Part shown: positions 14,099-28,414 of the stretch, one piece after another
Layout: the number at the start of each line of letters is the position of its first letter
How positions within the stretch are numbered: position 1 is the first letter of the stretch
Source of the DNA: Octopus vulgaris
Lineage: Eukaryota
Direction of reading: 5' to 3'
Assembly (NCBI GenBank): GCA_951406725.2
Contig: OX597827.1
Span: 73,904,001 to 73,968,000 of the forward strand
DNA length: 64,000 nucleotides
The notes under the pieces: model-generated
Databases searched by the model: none
Told to the model about the DNA's origin: nothing
What the model saw: only the letters and a program-made list of their open reading frames with translations
Position numbers and translations under genes: made by a program

Positions 14099-14768
14099 TT
14101 CGAGAAAAAAGAACAATTGTTTCAATACAGTTTCCTATTAGGAATCTTGTAAACCACATTCAAAAACGTATGTGTATGTATGTATGTATGTATGTATGTA
14201 TGTATGTATGTATGTATGTATGTATGTATGTATGTATGTATGTTTGTATGCATGTATGTATGTATGTAAATAATGCCCAAACATTCCCCAATCTCCCGTT
14301 TGGATATTGTTACTGTAGAGAAAATATTTCCCAGTATTTTCGTCACGTCTCTGATTCATATTTCAAATGAATACAACAGCTAAATACGGATTTGGAAATA
14401 AGCGGATGCACTTCAAGAGGACACAGCTTGGATTTCAACAACTATCTCAATAATATATTTGTAAATAGGTGTGTGTGTATAGACATACACAACACATACA
14501 CACACACGCACACACATACACACACACACAGATACACACACACACTCATAAATGTTTATATACGTGCATATACGTATATTTGTGTGAGTACATATGTATG
14601 TATGTATGTATAAATCTGTCTGTATGTATGTATGTCTGTATGTATGTATGTATGTATGTATGTAAGTTTGCGTGTGCGAGTGCGTGTGTGTGTGTGTGTA
14701 TGTGTGTGCGTGTGTGTCTGTGTTTGTGTTACTGCAATATCCCCACTTCACTCTTAAACTGTTATAAA

Positions 14769-14835
<67 letters not shown>

Positions 14836-15682
14836 GAGAAATGATTTTCAATTGATTCTGAAATTTACTCCATCACAATATCCTGATAGAGTTTTACTAA
14901 CATCTCGTAGCTAATATCTTTTTAAGAGAACAACAATATATAACATTTATTATTAAATATATGCTCAAATATAATTTTGTTTGAAAATATTCTTATACAG
15001 AATTTTATCAAATGACTTAGAATCATATGGGAATGCAAATTTCTTTTCTTTTTATCCAAACCCTGGCTCCTCGGAATCCTAAGCTAGACGCGTGCTCGAA
15101 TTCTTAGTGTGCAGGTTTCAGCATCATAGGGCGATGAGTTCGATTCATATCCTGGGCAGTTTTTTATCCCGTTCTAAGTTAGTTCATTTGAAGTTGCTCA
15201 CTTCAACCAGTGGAAAGGAAAACCAGCTGCTGTATCAGTCTTTCTCTTCAGCTCTTACATTCTTGTTATTCCACCGTGTCAAAGCCGAAAGGGCTTAGAC
15301 AGTCTCCAGCATCTAATCAACACTAATTAATCACCTAAATTAGGGAAGTATGGAGCAATATACACATTTGAGTTACAGCTTCGACTTTGTGTGCACAGGC
15401 AGATACACACATGCACACACACACACATATATCCGCGCACGCACTCACACACGCACACTCACACATAGGCAAATCTTGACCGAATCACTCCTAATAAAGA
15501 TGGTTTCGAGTTCAGTCTCTCTGCCTGACACTTCTAGAGTCTTCGATCATAGGGGCGACCGAATCGTTGCGAGAGTATTTGATAGATGGAAGCTGAAAGA
15601 AAACTGTCGTTGCACCTTCAGTTACTATCACTGACAACTGAAGTTTTCCTGTTTGGCTTTATATTGCGTCTAGCCATCCTTG

Positions 15683-15727
<45 letters not shown>

Positions 15728-15831
15728 AGGATGGCTAGACGCAATTTGCTAGATTGAAGGGGATATTCATCCTGGTGTGTCTGGGGTGGCATGAATTGAA
15801 TGGAAGATGTTGCTTAGAGTCTGTAGGCTTA

Positions 15832-15883
<52 letters not shown>

Positions 15884-15902
15884 TAATATATATATATATA
15901 TA

Positions 15903-15951
<49 letters not shown>

Positions 15952-16430
15952 TTCTCCTTTTCTGTTACTTCATTCATTAGATCACAACCATGCTACAATA
16001 TCACCTTAACATATTTTAGTCGAACAAATGGAACTCAATACTTCTTTTGCTTTAAGCATGGCACAGGTTTTATGAGAGATTTTTGACGAAACCCTATTTA
16101 CAGGAACATAAACACAGTAGCAAGGTTATCGAGCAAAAAGAATACGTATAGACACTCGCGCATGCGGTCGTTCTGTTCTTCTAGAAGACCTCATTAGACT
16201 AAGCGGAGTAGGGGCATACCCAAGGACGAAAAGTGTTGCTGAAGGGGTTTCAGATGTGTGACGAGTGATTTACGAACACTGGACATGAGTAAAAATAAGA
16301 ACAGTTGAAAGGAAAATATGGTGCGTGTGTTTGTTTGGCAAAGAAAACAACGTGACCATCCGAGAAACAAGAACATCTGCTTCAATACGCAGTTTCCTAT
16401 TAGGAATCTTGCAACCACACATTAATAAAC

Positions 16431-16525
<95 letters not shown>

Positions 16526-17380
16526 TGTATGTATGTATGTATAATGCTTTAAGATTAATCAGACGAAATTGCGAGCATGATCTGGTTATTGACTGAAGAT
16601 AAAAGGCTTCGAATAACCCGTCCGTGTTTCTTTTTTGTATCGTCTATCTGGATGTTTTGTTGTCCCATTTTGTATCACCTAGTTGTCCGGATGTTTTGCA
16701 TTTTTCTCTCATTTTGTATTTAATTATATATATATATATATATATAAACTAGGATGCCTAGACGCAATATAAAGTCGTGATTCTCGGGAAGTAATGTAAA
16801 GTCATATTAGCAAATGACACGTGTAATGGTGAAGCAGTAACGCCCCAAAATTTTCCCAATCTCCCGTTTGGATGTTGTTACTGTAGAGAAAATATTTCTC
16901 AGTATTTTCGTCTCTTCTCTGATTCATATCTCAAATAAATACAAGAGCTAAAAACTGATTTGAAATAAGCGGATGCACGTGAAGAGGACACACCTGGGAT
17001 TTCAACTATCTCAATAATATATTTGTAAATAGGTGTGTGCGCGCGTGTGTATACACATACGCAACACATACACACACACACGCACAATACACACACACAC
17101 ACTTTTATATATGTATGTATGTATATAATACGGAATATTATCTTCTGCCGAATATTTATATACGTGCATATGCGTATATTTGTGTGAGTACATATGTATG
17201 AATGTATGTATGTCTGTATGTATGTATGTCGGTATGTATGTATGTCTGTCTGTATGTATGTATGTATGTATGTAAGTTTGCGTGTGCGAGTGCGTGTGCG
17301 TGTGTGTGTGGGGGGGTGCGTGTGTGCGTGTGTGTTTGTGATACTGCAATATCCCCACTTCACTCTTAAACTGCCATAAA

Positions 17381-17444
<64 letters not shown>

Positions 17445-18311
17445 CAGACAGACAGACAGACATACAGACAAAGGGAAATGTTTTTCTATTGTTTCTGAAA
17501 TTTACTCCATCCCAATATCCTGATAGAGTTTTACTAACATCTCGTAGCTAATATCTTTTTAAGAGAACAACAATATATAACAGTTAATATTAAAGAAATG
17601 CTCAAATATTATTTTGTTTGAAAATATTCTTATACAGAATTTTATCAAATGACTTCGAATCATATGGAAATGCAAATTTCTTTTCTTTTTATCCAAACCC
17701 TGGGTCCTCGGAATCCTAAACTAGGCGCGTGCTCGAATTCTTAGTGTGCAGGTATCAGCATCATAGGGCGATGACTTCGATTCATATCCTGGGCGGTTTT
17801 TTATCCCGTTCCAAGTTAGTTCATTTGAGGTTGCTCACTTCAACCAGCGGAAAGGTAAACCAGCTGCTGTATCAGTCTTTCTCTTCAGCTCTTATATTCT
17901 GGTTATTCCATTGTGTCAAAGTCGAAAGGGCTTAGACAGTCTCCGGCATCTACTCAACACTAATTAATCACCTAAATTAGGGAAGCATGGGGCAATACTC
18001 ACTTTTGAGTTACAGCTTTGACTTTGTGTGCACACGCAGATACACACATGCACACACACACACATATATCCGCGCACGCACTCACACGCAGAGGCAAATC
18101 TTGCACGAATCACTCATAATAAAGATAGTTTCGAGTTCAGTCTCTCTGCCTGACACTTCTAGAGTCTTCGATCATAGGAGCGACCGAATCGTTGCGAGAG
18201 TATTTGATAGATGGAAGGTGAAAGAAAACTGTTGTTGCACCTTCAGTTACTATCACTGACAACTGAAGTTTTCCTGTTTGACTTTATATTGCGTCTAGCC
18301 ATCATAGTACA

Positions 18312-18347
<36 letters not shown>

Positions 18348-19069
18348 AAATTAAATTCAAAATGGGAGAAGAACGCAAAACATCCGGACAACTAGGTGAT
18401 ACAAAAAGAGACAACAAAATATCCAGATAGACGATCGAAAAAAGAAACACGGACGGGTCATTCGAAGCCTTTTATCTTCAGTCAATAACCAGATCATGCT
18501 CGCAATTTCGTCCGATTAATCTTGAGATTGCTCCAATCTGGCCAGCTACAAGTAAAAACTAAGCAAAGAGCATTAGATTCCTTGGAAAAAAGCATCGAAT
18601 GTATACGAAACTAGGACAGAAAAACAGACGAAGTTACACGAATATCAATACAAAAATACAATACTAAAACCCAAAAAAAAAATAATAATAACAAGCGTCT
18701 TTCGACTGGGGTCGAGTTGAATTGAGCCTGCGTGTGTGGAAATGAAGCTTTACAACAGAGGGAAGAATATCGATGTGGCAGTGACCGTGGTCAGACGCAA
18801 AAAGGGCTAGCAGTCGACTAACGGTCATGTGAGAAGAGAAGAGAAGAGAGAGAAAAAAGGAACAAATGAATTAAAGAGGGGGAAAAGAGAGAGAGAGAGA
18901 GAGGGAGAAAGAGAGAGAGACTAGAAGTAGATAGACGGAAGAATCAAGGAGTGGCAAGAAAAAAATCCAGAGAGACACGGACATAGTGATATGCAAAATG
19001 AGTAATAAAAGCAAAGAAATATGAGAGAGAGTGTTGAAAAAGTCGTACAAAATTTAGTGAATGTGTATA

Positions 19070-19127
<58 letters not shown>

Positions 19128-19364
19128 AAGAAAGAGAGAAAGAGATAGTTATGAGAGGTAATGGTGTCAATAAGACCCAAAGGTGTCACGTAATGTTGAG
19201 TAAGTGCTATGGACAGACTACAGTTAAGCTCCCGGTTCGTAGATTGTGCGAATGAGGAGTCCACCGTAGGTCATATATCAGCATGTGTATATATATAAAA
19301 ACATTTTCACAATGAAATAAAAATCGAAGGCTGTGACAGATTTCAGAACATTTATAAAGAGAAT

Positions 19365-19412
19365 GTCTTACAGCTGTTTCCGAGATATTTTATATATCCC
19401 TTCATCGGAGAC
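19365..19412 (-). ncRNA. Hammerhead candidate (CCGAUGA core)
   Basis: gtct-CCGATGA-a-gggatat-ataaa-atatctc-g-GAA-acagctgt-A-agac. Confidence 0.6.
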
Positions 19413-20598
19413 GGTGTGCGAAAATGGTTAAGAATAGTTATTCTTTATAAGATATGAAATAGAGACTGAAGTGGAGGGATGAAAACTGACGTACGATATG
19501 CAGGGATATTGCATCTGTAGTTCTATTATTTATGCAGAATGGTATAGATATAACAGGAAGAATATATATATATATATATATTCTTGTCCTGTTCTTTTAC
19601 TTCATTTATTAGATGAAGACCACACTACAGTATCACCTTAAAATATTTTAGTCGAACAAATGGAACTCAATACTTCTTTTGCTTTAATCATGGCAAATGT
19701 TTTATGAGAGATTTTTGACGAAACCCTGTGTTACAAGAACATAAACACACCCTCAGTTACTATCACAAACAACTGAAGTTTTCTTTTTGACTTTATATTG
19801 CGTCAAGCCATCCTAGCTTATATATATATATATATAAAACCACTATTAGGCAAATCAAACAATGAAAAACTTAAGCCAATACATAAAATTAATTAATTTT
19901 TTAAAAATATATATCAAAAATATTAAAAGTTTCATGGCTGTCCAATTCGTAATAATTCGAGTTATGGTTACAGTCAATCTTCAGGTAATTGAAATATCTA
20001 AAATATAATCAGAAATATTTAAACAATATTTTTAAGATATAAATAATATAAAAATGTTACTTATATTAAACTCTATTTTCATTGGTAATTTATATATTTT
20101 AGTCATTTTTAAATATTTATGTAATTAGATATAGACTAATACCGATATTAGATTATTGGTGGGTTTCCTACCTTATAAATTAAAATTAATATTTAACATT
20201 ATAGTCGATTTTGATATAATCATAATTGTTAAGTTCTATGTTTCTAGTTTGATAATAGAGTTTATTATAAGTAAAATTATTATATTATTTAAATCTTAAA
20301 AATATTGTTTAAATATGTCTGATTATATTTTAGATATTTCATTTACCTGAAGATTGACTGTAACCATAACTCGAATTATTACGAATTGGACAGCCATAAA
20401 ACGATCGTAGTGTTTTACTCATTATCTTTTATTAAACTTTTAATACTTTTGATATATATTTAAAAAAAATAATATAAATTAATTAATTTTATGTATTGGC
20501 TTAAGTTTTCCATTGTTTGATCTTCACTTCAGTTACTATCACTGACAACTGAAGTTTTCCTGTTTGACTTTATATTGCGTCTAGCCATCATAGTACAT

Positions 20599-20704
<106 letters not shown>

Positions 20705-21231
20705 TACAAAATGGGAGAAGAACGCAAAACATCCGGACAGCTAGGTGATACAAAAAGGGACAACAAAACATCCAGATAGACGATACAAAAAAGAAACACG
20801 GACGGGTCATTCGAAGCCTTTTATCTTCAGTCAATAACCAGATCATGCTCGCAATTTCGTCTGATTAATGTTGAGATTGCTCCAATCTGGCCAGCTCCAA
20901 GGAAAAACTAAGCAAAGAGCATTAGATTCCTTGGAAAAAAGCATCGAATGTATACGAATCAAGGACAGAAAAACAGACGAAGTTACACAAATATCAATAC
21001 AAAAAATATATAAAAACAAAAATACACTAATAATAACAGGTTTCTTTCGACTAGGGACGAATTGAATTCAGCTTGCGTGTGTGGAAATGAAGCTTTACAA
21101 CAGAGGGAAGGATATCGATGTGGCAGTGACCGTGGTCAGACGCAAAAAGGGCTAGCAGTCGACTAACGGTCATGTGAGAAGAGAAGAGAAGAGAGAGAAA
21201 AAAAGGAACAAATGAATTAAAGAGGGGGAAA

Positions 21232-21263
<32 letters not shown>

Positions 21264-21730
21264 AGAGAGAGAGACTAGAAGTAGATAGACGGAAGAATCA
21301 AGGAGTGGCAAGAAAAAAAACCAGAGAGACACGGACATAGTGATATGCAAAATGAGTAATAAAAGCAAAGAAATATGAGAGAGAGTGTTGAAAAAGTCGT
21401 ACAAAATTTAGTGAATGTGTATATATACATACATACATACATACATAGATACATACATACATACATATATGTATATATATAGAGAGAGAGGGAAATAAAG
21501 AGAGAAAGAGATGGTTATGAGAGGTAATGGTGTCAATAAGACCCAAAGGTGTCACGTAATGTTGAGTAAGTGCTATGGACAGACTACAGTTAAGCTCCCG
21601 GTTCGTAGATTGTGCGAATGAGGAGTCCACCGTAGGTCATATATCAGCATGTGTATATATATAAAAACATTTTCACAATGAAATAAAAATCGAAGGCTGT
21701 GACAGATTTCAGAACATTTATAAAGAGAAT

Positions 21731-21778
21731 GTCTTACAGCTGTTTCCGAGATATTTTATATATCCCTTCATCGGAGAC
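21731..21778 (-). ncRNA. Duplicate of the 19365-19412 hammerhead candidate
   Basis: Identical motif within the tandem duplication. Confidence 0.6.
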
Positions 21779-22726
21779 GGTGTGCGAAAATGGTTAAGAA
21801 TAGTTATTCTTTATAAGATATGAAATAGAGACTGAAGTGGAGGGATGAAAATAGACGTACGATATGCAGGGATATTGCAACTGTAGTTCTATTATTTATG
21901 CAGAATGGTATAGATATAACAGGAAGAATATATATATATATATATTCTTGTCCTGTTCTTTTACTTCATTTATTAGATGAAGACCACGCTACAGTATCAC
22001 CTTAAAATATTTTAGTCGAACAAATGGAACTCAATACTTCTTTTGCTTTAATCATGGCAAATGTTTTATGAGAGATTTTTGACGAAACCCTGTGTTACAA
22101 GAACATAAACACACCCTCAGTTACTATCACAAACAACTGAAGTTTTCTTTTTGACTTTATATTGCGTCAAGCCATCCTAGCTTATATATATATATATATA
22201 AAACCACTATTAGGCAAATCAAACAATGAAAAACTTAAGCCAATACATAAAATTAATTAATTTTTTTAAAAATATATATCAAAAATATTAAAAGTTTCAT
22301 GGCTGTCCAATTCGTAATAATTCGAGTTATGGTTACAGTCAATCTTCAGGTAATTGAAATATCTAAAATATAATCAGAAATATTTAAACAATATTTTTAA
22401 GATATAAATAATATAAAAATTTTACTTATATTAAACTCTATTTTCATTGGTAATTTATATATTTTAGTCATTTTTAAATATTTATGTAATTAGATATAGA
22501 CTAATACCGATATTAGATTATTGGTGGGTTTCCTACATTATAAATTAAAATTAATATTTAACATTATAGTCGAATTTAACATTATAGTCGAATTTGATAT
22601 AATCATAATTGTTAAGTTCTATGTTTCTAGTTTGATAATAGAGTTTATTATAAGTAAAATTATTATATTATTTAAATCTTAAAAATATTGTTTAAATATG
22701 TCTGATTATATTTTAGATATTTCATT

Positions 22727-22795
22727 TACCTGAAGATTGACTGTAACCATAACTCGAATTATTACGAATTGGACAGCCATGAAACGATCGTAGTG
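22727..22795 (+). ncRNA. Hammerhead candidate in a foldback element
   Basis: tac-CTGAAGA-t-tgactgt...acagcca-t-GAA-acgatcgt-A-gtg; the paralog at 20344-20412 has GAAA changed to AAAA. Confidence 0.6.
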
Positions 22796-23020
22796 TTTTA
22801 CTCATTATCTTTTATTAAACTTTTAATACTTTTGATATATATTTTAAAAAAATAATATAAATTAATTAATTTTATGTATTGGCTTAAGTTTTTCATTGTT
22901 TGATTTGCCTAATAGTGGTTTTATCTCTAATTTAATATAATATTATATTTTACTATAAAATTGGATTTAATCCTAAATCTGATTTTTTCCTGTAAGTTTG
23001 GATTTATTCCCTAATATTTC

Positions 23021-23066
<46 letters not shown>

Positions 23067-23071
23067 CATAC

Positions 23072-23104
<33 letters not shown>

Positions 23105-23159
23105 CATACATATATATACATGCATACATATATATACATACATATACATAGATATATAC

Positions 23160-23198
<39 letters not shown>

Positions 23199-23292
23199 AA
23201 TATATATATATATATTCACTAATAAAAAGGGTCAGCAAAGAATTGCTTCACCACACACCGAAGTTCAGTAATAGCAGCCAAAATTATCTTAG

Positions 23293-23331
<39 letters not shown>

Positions 23332-23335
23332 CGGA

Positions 23336-23398
23336 CCATGCTGACGAAGTTACAGTTATCCTTGCGGATAATAATAACCGAAACTGATTAGTACATGG
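23336..23398 (+). ncRNA. Hammerhead candidate, copy 1 of a tandem pair
   Basis: ccatg-CTGACGA-a-gtta..ttatcc-ttgc-ggataa..taac-c-GAA-actgattagt-A-catgg. Confidence 0.72.
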
Positions 23399-23841
23399 GT
23401 AAATATTTTATTTCGTATATTTTCGTTTTTCTTGTTTATTGCTTTGGTTTTGTGCTGAGTTTTATTTGAGAACATAATCTTTGTGGAGAATGGCGATTTG
23501 ACGTCTATATCTAGCATGTTGACTGTCCACTTTTCGTGTTCAGTCTTAAATTGGTATATATAAATATTTTAATCTTTGGATTCTTTTTAATATGCTAGAC
23601 CACTGGTTTTAATTGATAAATATCAATTTCTACCCTTAATTAATTTTATATAAAATAAATATGTTCTCTAACCGGTAAATTGACTGCTGCTAATTATTAG
23701 CTGCAGGCTGGTTTTCGGATCTCAGCGCGCCAAAGTAAAGGCATTTGAAAGATACATTCGAATATAATCGGTTGAACTCCATGCATGCGACACTCCGGTA
23801 TCGTTTTTGCATCTAGTCCTGCAAATTGTATTCAATACGGA

Positions 23842-23904
23842 CAATGCTGACGAAGTTACAGTTATCCTTGCGGATAATAATAACCGAAACTGATTAGTAC
23901 ATGG
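23842..23904 (+). ncRNA. Hammerhead candidate, copy 2 of a tandem pair
   Basis: Same motif 506 bp downstream with one stem I mismatch (caatg). Confidence 0.68.
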
Positions 23905-24059
23905 GTAATTATTTTATTTCGTATATTTTCGTTTTTCTTGTTTATTGCTTTGATTTTGTGCTGAGTTTTATTTGAGAACATAATCTTTGTGGAGTAGGCG
24001 ATTTGACGTCTATATCTAGCATGTTGACTGTCCACTTTTCGTCTTCAGTCCTTAATTAG

Positions 24060-24109
<50 letters not shown>

Positions 24110-24231
24110 CATACAGATATGCATGCACATATGCGCGCGTGCATGGATAGAGAGAGAAAAAATAGTGAGAGACAGAGATAGATAGTTAGACACGTATACA
24201 TGCATATATACGTGTGTATTTATGTATGTTA

Positions 24232-24271
<40 letters not shown>

Positions 24272-24776
24272 CATATATATATTTATATACACTCTTCTCG
24301 TTCAGATGTTTCCTTCTGATTATTCCACCGGATAAGTGACGTAAGGGCTGCGAGAGTTTCCAACATCTACTCGTAACTAGTATCTCACCTAAATTAGGGA
24401 AACATGGGATCGTCTAACGAATTGCACTTACGCACACACGCACACGCGCGCATACACACACACACACGCGCGCGCGCACCAAACACACACGCACATTTAC
24501 GTGCACACTCACTCACGTAATCCTGTTCTAAGTCTGCATAGAGACACTTAAAAACGAATTTGTACATCCGTGTGTAAACAATTTCTGTGTTATGGAGTTG
24601 TGTTTCAGTAATGAGATCACTTAATAAGTGGGCATGGCCGTTCTTCCTCTTAGAAGGAGACAACAAACAAAGCTATTGTGTCGTTTCCTTTTTTCCGGAT
24701 AAGATTGTTGAAACTATCATAGCTAATCCGAAACTGTCAGATGCGGTTATTCTTTTGGACGTAGAAGTCTTTAGCA

Positions 24777-24852
24777 ATGCCGACTGGAAACGTAATAGTT
24801 TTCTACTTTGGAATATTATTGATCCCATCAATCAAACAGATTTTTACACTGT
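24777..24852 (+). CDS. Predicted first coding exon (signal peptide) of a secreted or cell-surface Cys-rich/EGF-like protein
   Basis: ATG at 24777 reads MPTGNVIVFYFGILLIPSIKQIFTL (hydrophobic core), then a phase-1 donor T|GTATGT. The phase matches the downstream phase-1 exons. Confidence 0.6.
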
Positions 24853-25638
24853 GTATGTTAACAAATTTTTTTAAAATTTATTATTCTTTCTTTTTGTCTA
24901 ATTACTGTCTCCACATATGCTGATTAAATGTGTTAGTGGTAATTAATGTCTATCCTAATTATTTGGTAATGTATTTTTCATGTTTCATGTTTTCTCTATG
25001 CAGCTCAACTCTCTTTCTTCCTACTCTTCCCCTCTCTCTCTTCCTCTATTATTCTCCCCTCGATATCTCTCTTCTTACATATAGTCACATATATATATAG
25101 ATACACAAACACGCACACACGCGCACATCTATATATTATATATATAGACATATATATGTAAATAAATAACTAAACACACATACATATATTCTTAACCTCG
25201 TGGTCTCTGGTTCAATCTCCTTGTGTGACACGATACGCAACTATTTTCGTCTATAGTTTTAAATCGATCAATGTTACTGAAATCCCTCTTGTATACATGC
25301 GTGTGTATGTACGTGTGTTTATGCGTATATATGTATGTATGTGTGTATGTGTGTATATGTATATATGTGGTTGTGTGTGGGTGTGCGCACGCGTGTGTTT
25401 GCATATATGTTTGCATATATATATATATATTTATATATATCAACCTATATATAAAAACAACCGAAATCTGCGATGAGGGATCAGTTTCTGACTGAAGAAT
25501 GAAGGCTTTGAATGACCCGTTTGTCTTTTTGTTCGTCCCTTCGTGTATTTCACGTTATTTATTTATGTAAAGGTTTATTATATATAAATATATGTGTATG
25601 TATGTACATATATATATGTGTGTATATATACATACATA

Positions 25639-25700
<62 letters not shown>

Positions 25701-25704
25701 TATA

Positions 25705-25942
25705 TTAAATTAGAGATAAAACCACTATTAGGCAAATCAAACAGTGAAAAACATAAGCCAATACATAAAATGATTAAAAAATATAAAAGTTAAAATTTAA
25801 AAAAAATTTAAAATTATAAAATTATTAAAATTTTTTAAATTTAAATTTTTTGAATTTTAACTTTTATATTTTAAATTTATTTTATGTATTGGCTTATGTT
25901 TTTCACTCTTTGATTTGCCTAATAGTGGTTTTATCTCTAATA
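25705..25942. repeat. Inverted repeat of the same pLTR-like family as 19837-20520 and 22200-22935
   Basis: ttagagataaaaccactattaggcaaatcaaac... and its reverse complement; a single arm also occurs at about 1300-1385. Confidence 0.8.
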
Positions 25943-26487
25943 TAATATAATATAATATAATATAATATATTTATACTGTAAAATTGGATTTAATCCTAAA
26001 TCTAATTTTTCCCTGTAAGTTTGGATTTATTCCCTAATATTAATATTATTAATTATATATATATATATATATTTATATATACATATACAGACATAGAGAG
26101 AGTGTGTCTGAGAGAGAGGGAGAGAGATAGATAGATATATATGCATACACATATACATGTATATATTTGTTTATGTATGTGTGTTTATCTTTGGACATTT
26201 CTCTAAGACCGTTACTGATTTACCGCCCAACTAAAATGCGTCTTTTGTGTGCTCATGTCCCATATCCTAGCGTTGAGTTAATAGAAACTTACTACAATAC
26301 ATACATGACTGAAAAGAATGTTTTAAATGAACCCCCAAAGTTCAGAGTTTGGCATAAATATCTATAAACCTGTTAAGCCGGACCATTAACATGGCTGCAG
26401 TTTAGTGAAAATGTACATACATATGTATGAGTAGGTGTAACATAACATAATGTGTTATAATATAATATAATATAATATAATACAATA

Positions 26488-26538
<51 letters not shown>

Positions 26539-26786
26539 CGCAGGAGTGGTTCCGGGTTCAGTCCCACTGCGTGGCATATTGGGCAAGTGTCTTCTGCGAT
26601 AGCCTCGGGCCGACCAATGCCTTGTGAGTTTTAAAAAATGCTCACACATACAACATCCACATTCAACAACAATGAAAAGGCTGGAGTTGGATAAACTTCA
26701 TCTGCAGACCGACATAAAAACCTCCATTGAAAACGAAGGAGCTGCAGAGGAACAGTGGTTAATAAAAAAAAAAAAGAAATCAAACA

Positions 26787-26948
26787 AGCGCAGGAGTGGC
26801 TGTGTGGTAAGTAGCCTGCTTACCAACCACATGGTTCCGGGTTTAGTCCTACTACGTGGCACCTTGGGCAAGTGTCTTCTACTATAGCATCGGGTCGACC
26901 AAAGCCTTGTGAGTGGATTTGGTAAACGGAAACTGAAAGAAGCCCGTC

Positions 26949-27038
<90 letters not shown>

Positions 27039-27300
27039 GTGTATATGTTTGTGTGTCTGTGTTTGTCCCCCAACATCGCTTGATAACCGATGCTGGTGTG
27101 TTTGCGTCCCGTAACATAGCGGTTCGACAAAATGGACCGATAGAATAAGTACTAGGCTTACAAAGAAGCCTAGTGCGTACAAATTTGTAAGCCTGGGGTC
27201 TTACAAAACCTGGGGTCGATTTGCTCGACTAAAGGCGGTGCTCCAGCATGGGCGCAGTCAAATGACTGAAATAAGTAAAAGAGTAAAAGAGTAAAGAGAG
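26787..27300 (+). mobile_element. SINE family B (tRNA head, CORE-like accttgggcaagt, internal microsatellite, LINE-derived tail), full length
   Basis: gcgcaggagtggctgtgtggtaag head; tail ggcggtgctccagcatgggcgcagtcaaatgactgaaa followed by gtaaaaga repeats. An internally deleted copy lies at 26537-26630. Confidence 0.85.
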
Positions 27301-28170
27301 AACCCATAAATGTTCTATTCATATGCAAATAAGAATAGAACAGCTATCTCACCCATTGATCCATTCATTTATCGATGATAACGGCATTCTCCATCACGAT
27401 GCTAAAGAAATGGCAGAAATACCGCAGAAACAACACTGCTCTCTTTAGGGATCCCCCTGATATTGACGTAAGGATGTAAACGAAGTCGATTCCCAACGTA
27501 AAATCTCGGACATAACCTTCACTGCTTCAGACATCATAGAAGCAATAAATGACGTCAAAAACTAATGGATTCCGCGTTAGTCTCCTGAAGGAATGTAGAC
27601 ACTAACATGCAGTCCCTCTGACCAACTGCTGGAGAAATTCTTTAGATTCAGGTTATATATCGAATCAGCTTCGATTCCAGTCTGTTATCCCGGTTTTCTA
27701 ACAGGGAAACAGATCCCCCGCAGTCAACTATCGCCCAATCTCACTCACCTCCCATATCATTAAATTGTTTGGAAGGGTGGTAAGATCAAGGATAGCTGAC
27801 TACCTGGGCGTGTCACAAACACCTAAATTCAAACCAGCATGTCTTTCGCTGCGGCAGGGTCTGTCTAACACAGCTCTTACACCACATCGATGATATACTT
27901 AAAGCCTTGGGAACAGGTTCCAACTCTGATGTCATACACCTTGACTTCAGTAAAGCGTTCGACAGATTTGACCATGATATCCTATTGTTAAAATTGAGAA
28001 TTGTTGGAATCCGTGGAGAACTTCTACAGTGGTTTGAGTATTTCCTGGTGAACAGAATACAACATGTTGTGGTCAATGTAATCCACTCAAGACCCAAAAA
28101 GTCACCAGTGGTGTCCGTCAGGGCAGTGTCTTGGCCCCGCTCCTCTCTATAATCTATATAACCGACCAGC
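27300..28170 (+). mobile_element. CR1-like RT fragment
   Basis: NYRPISLTSHIIK and ALGTGSNSDVIHLDFSKAFD; paralogous to 6588-7700. Confidence 0.85.
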
Positions 28171-28279
28171 AAAAGTCGTTTACATAGATCGAATATCTTT
28201 CGTCACATAGCTGTGACCTCCTCAGCGACACTTATCGTCCTCTTAAGTGCTCTTGCTGTGCTTATTCTACTTGCGCATA

Positions 28280-28333
<54 letters not shown>

Positions 28334-28366
28334 ATATATCATAATATACACACACAAATATATATA

Positions 28367-28414
<48 letters not shown>

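Noticed and set aside
15092-15298. 68-aa ORF also open in the duplicate at 17729-17935
   Set aside because: GTG start, many non-synonymous differences and no splice support; explained by recent duplication.
24587-24874. 95-aa ORF overlapping the first exon
   Set aside because: Non-ATG start and no motif; the overlapping ATG frame gives a signal peptide and a phase-compatible donor.
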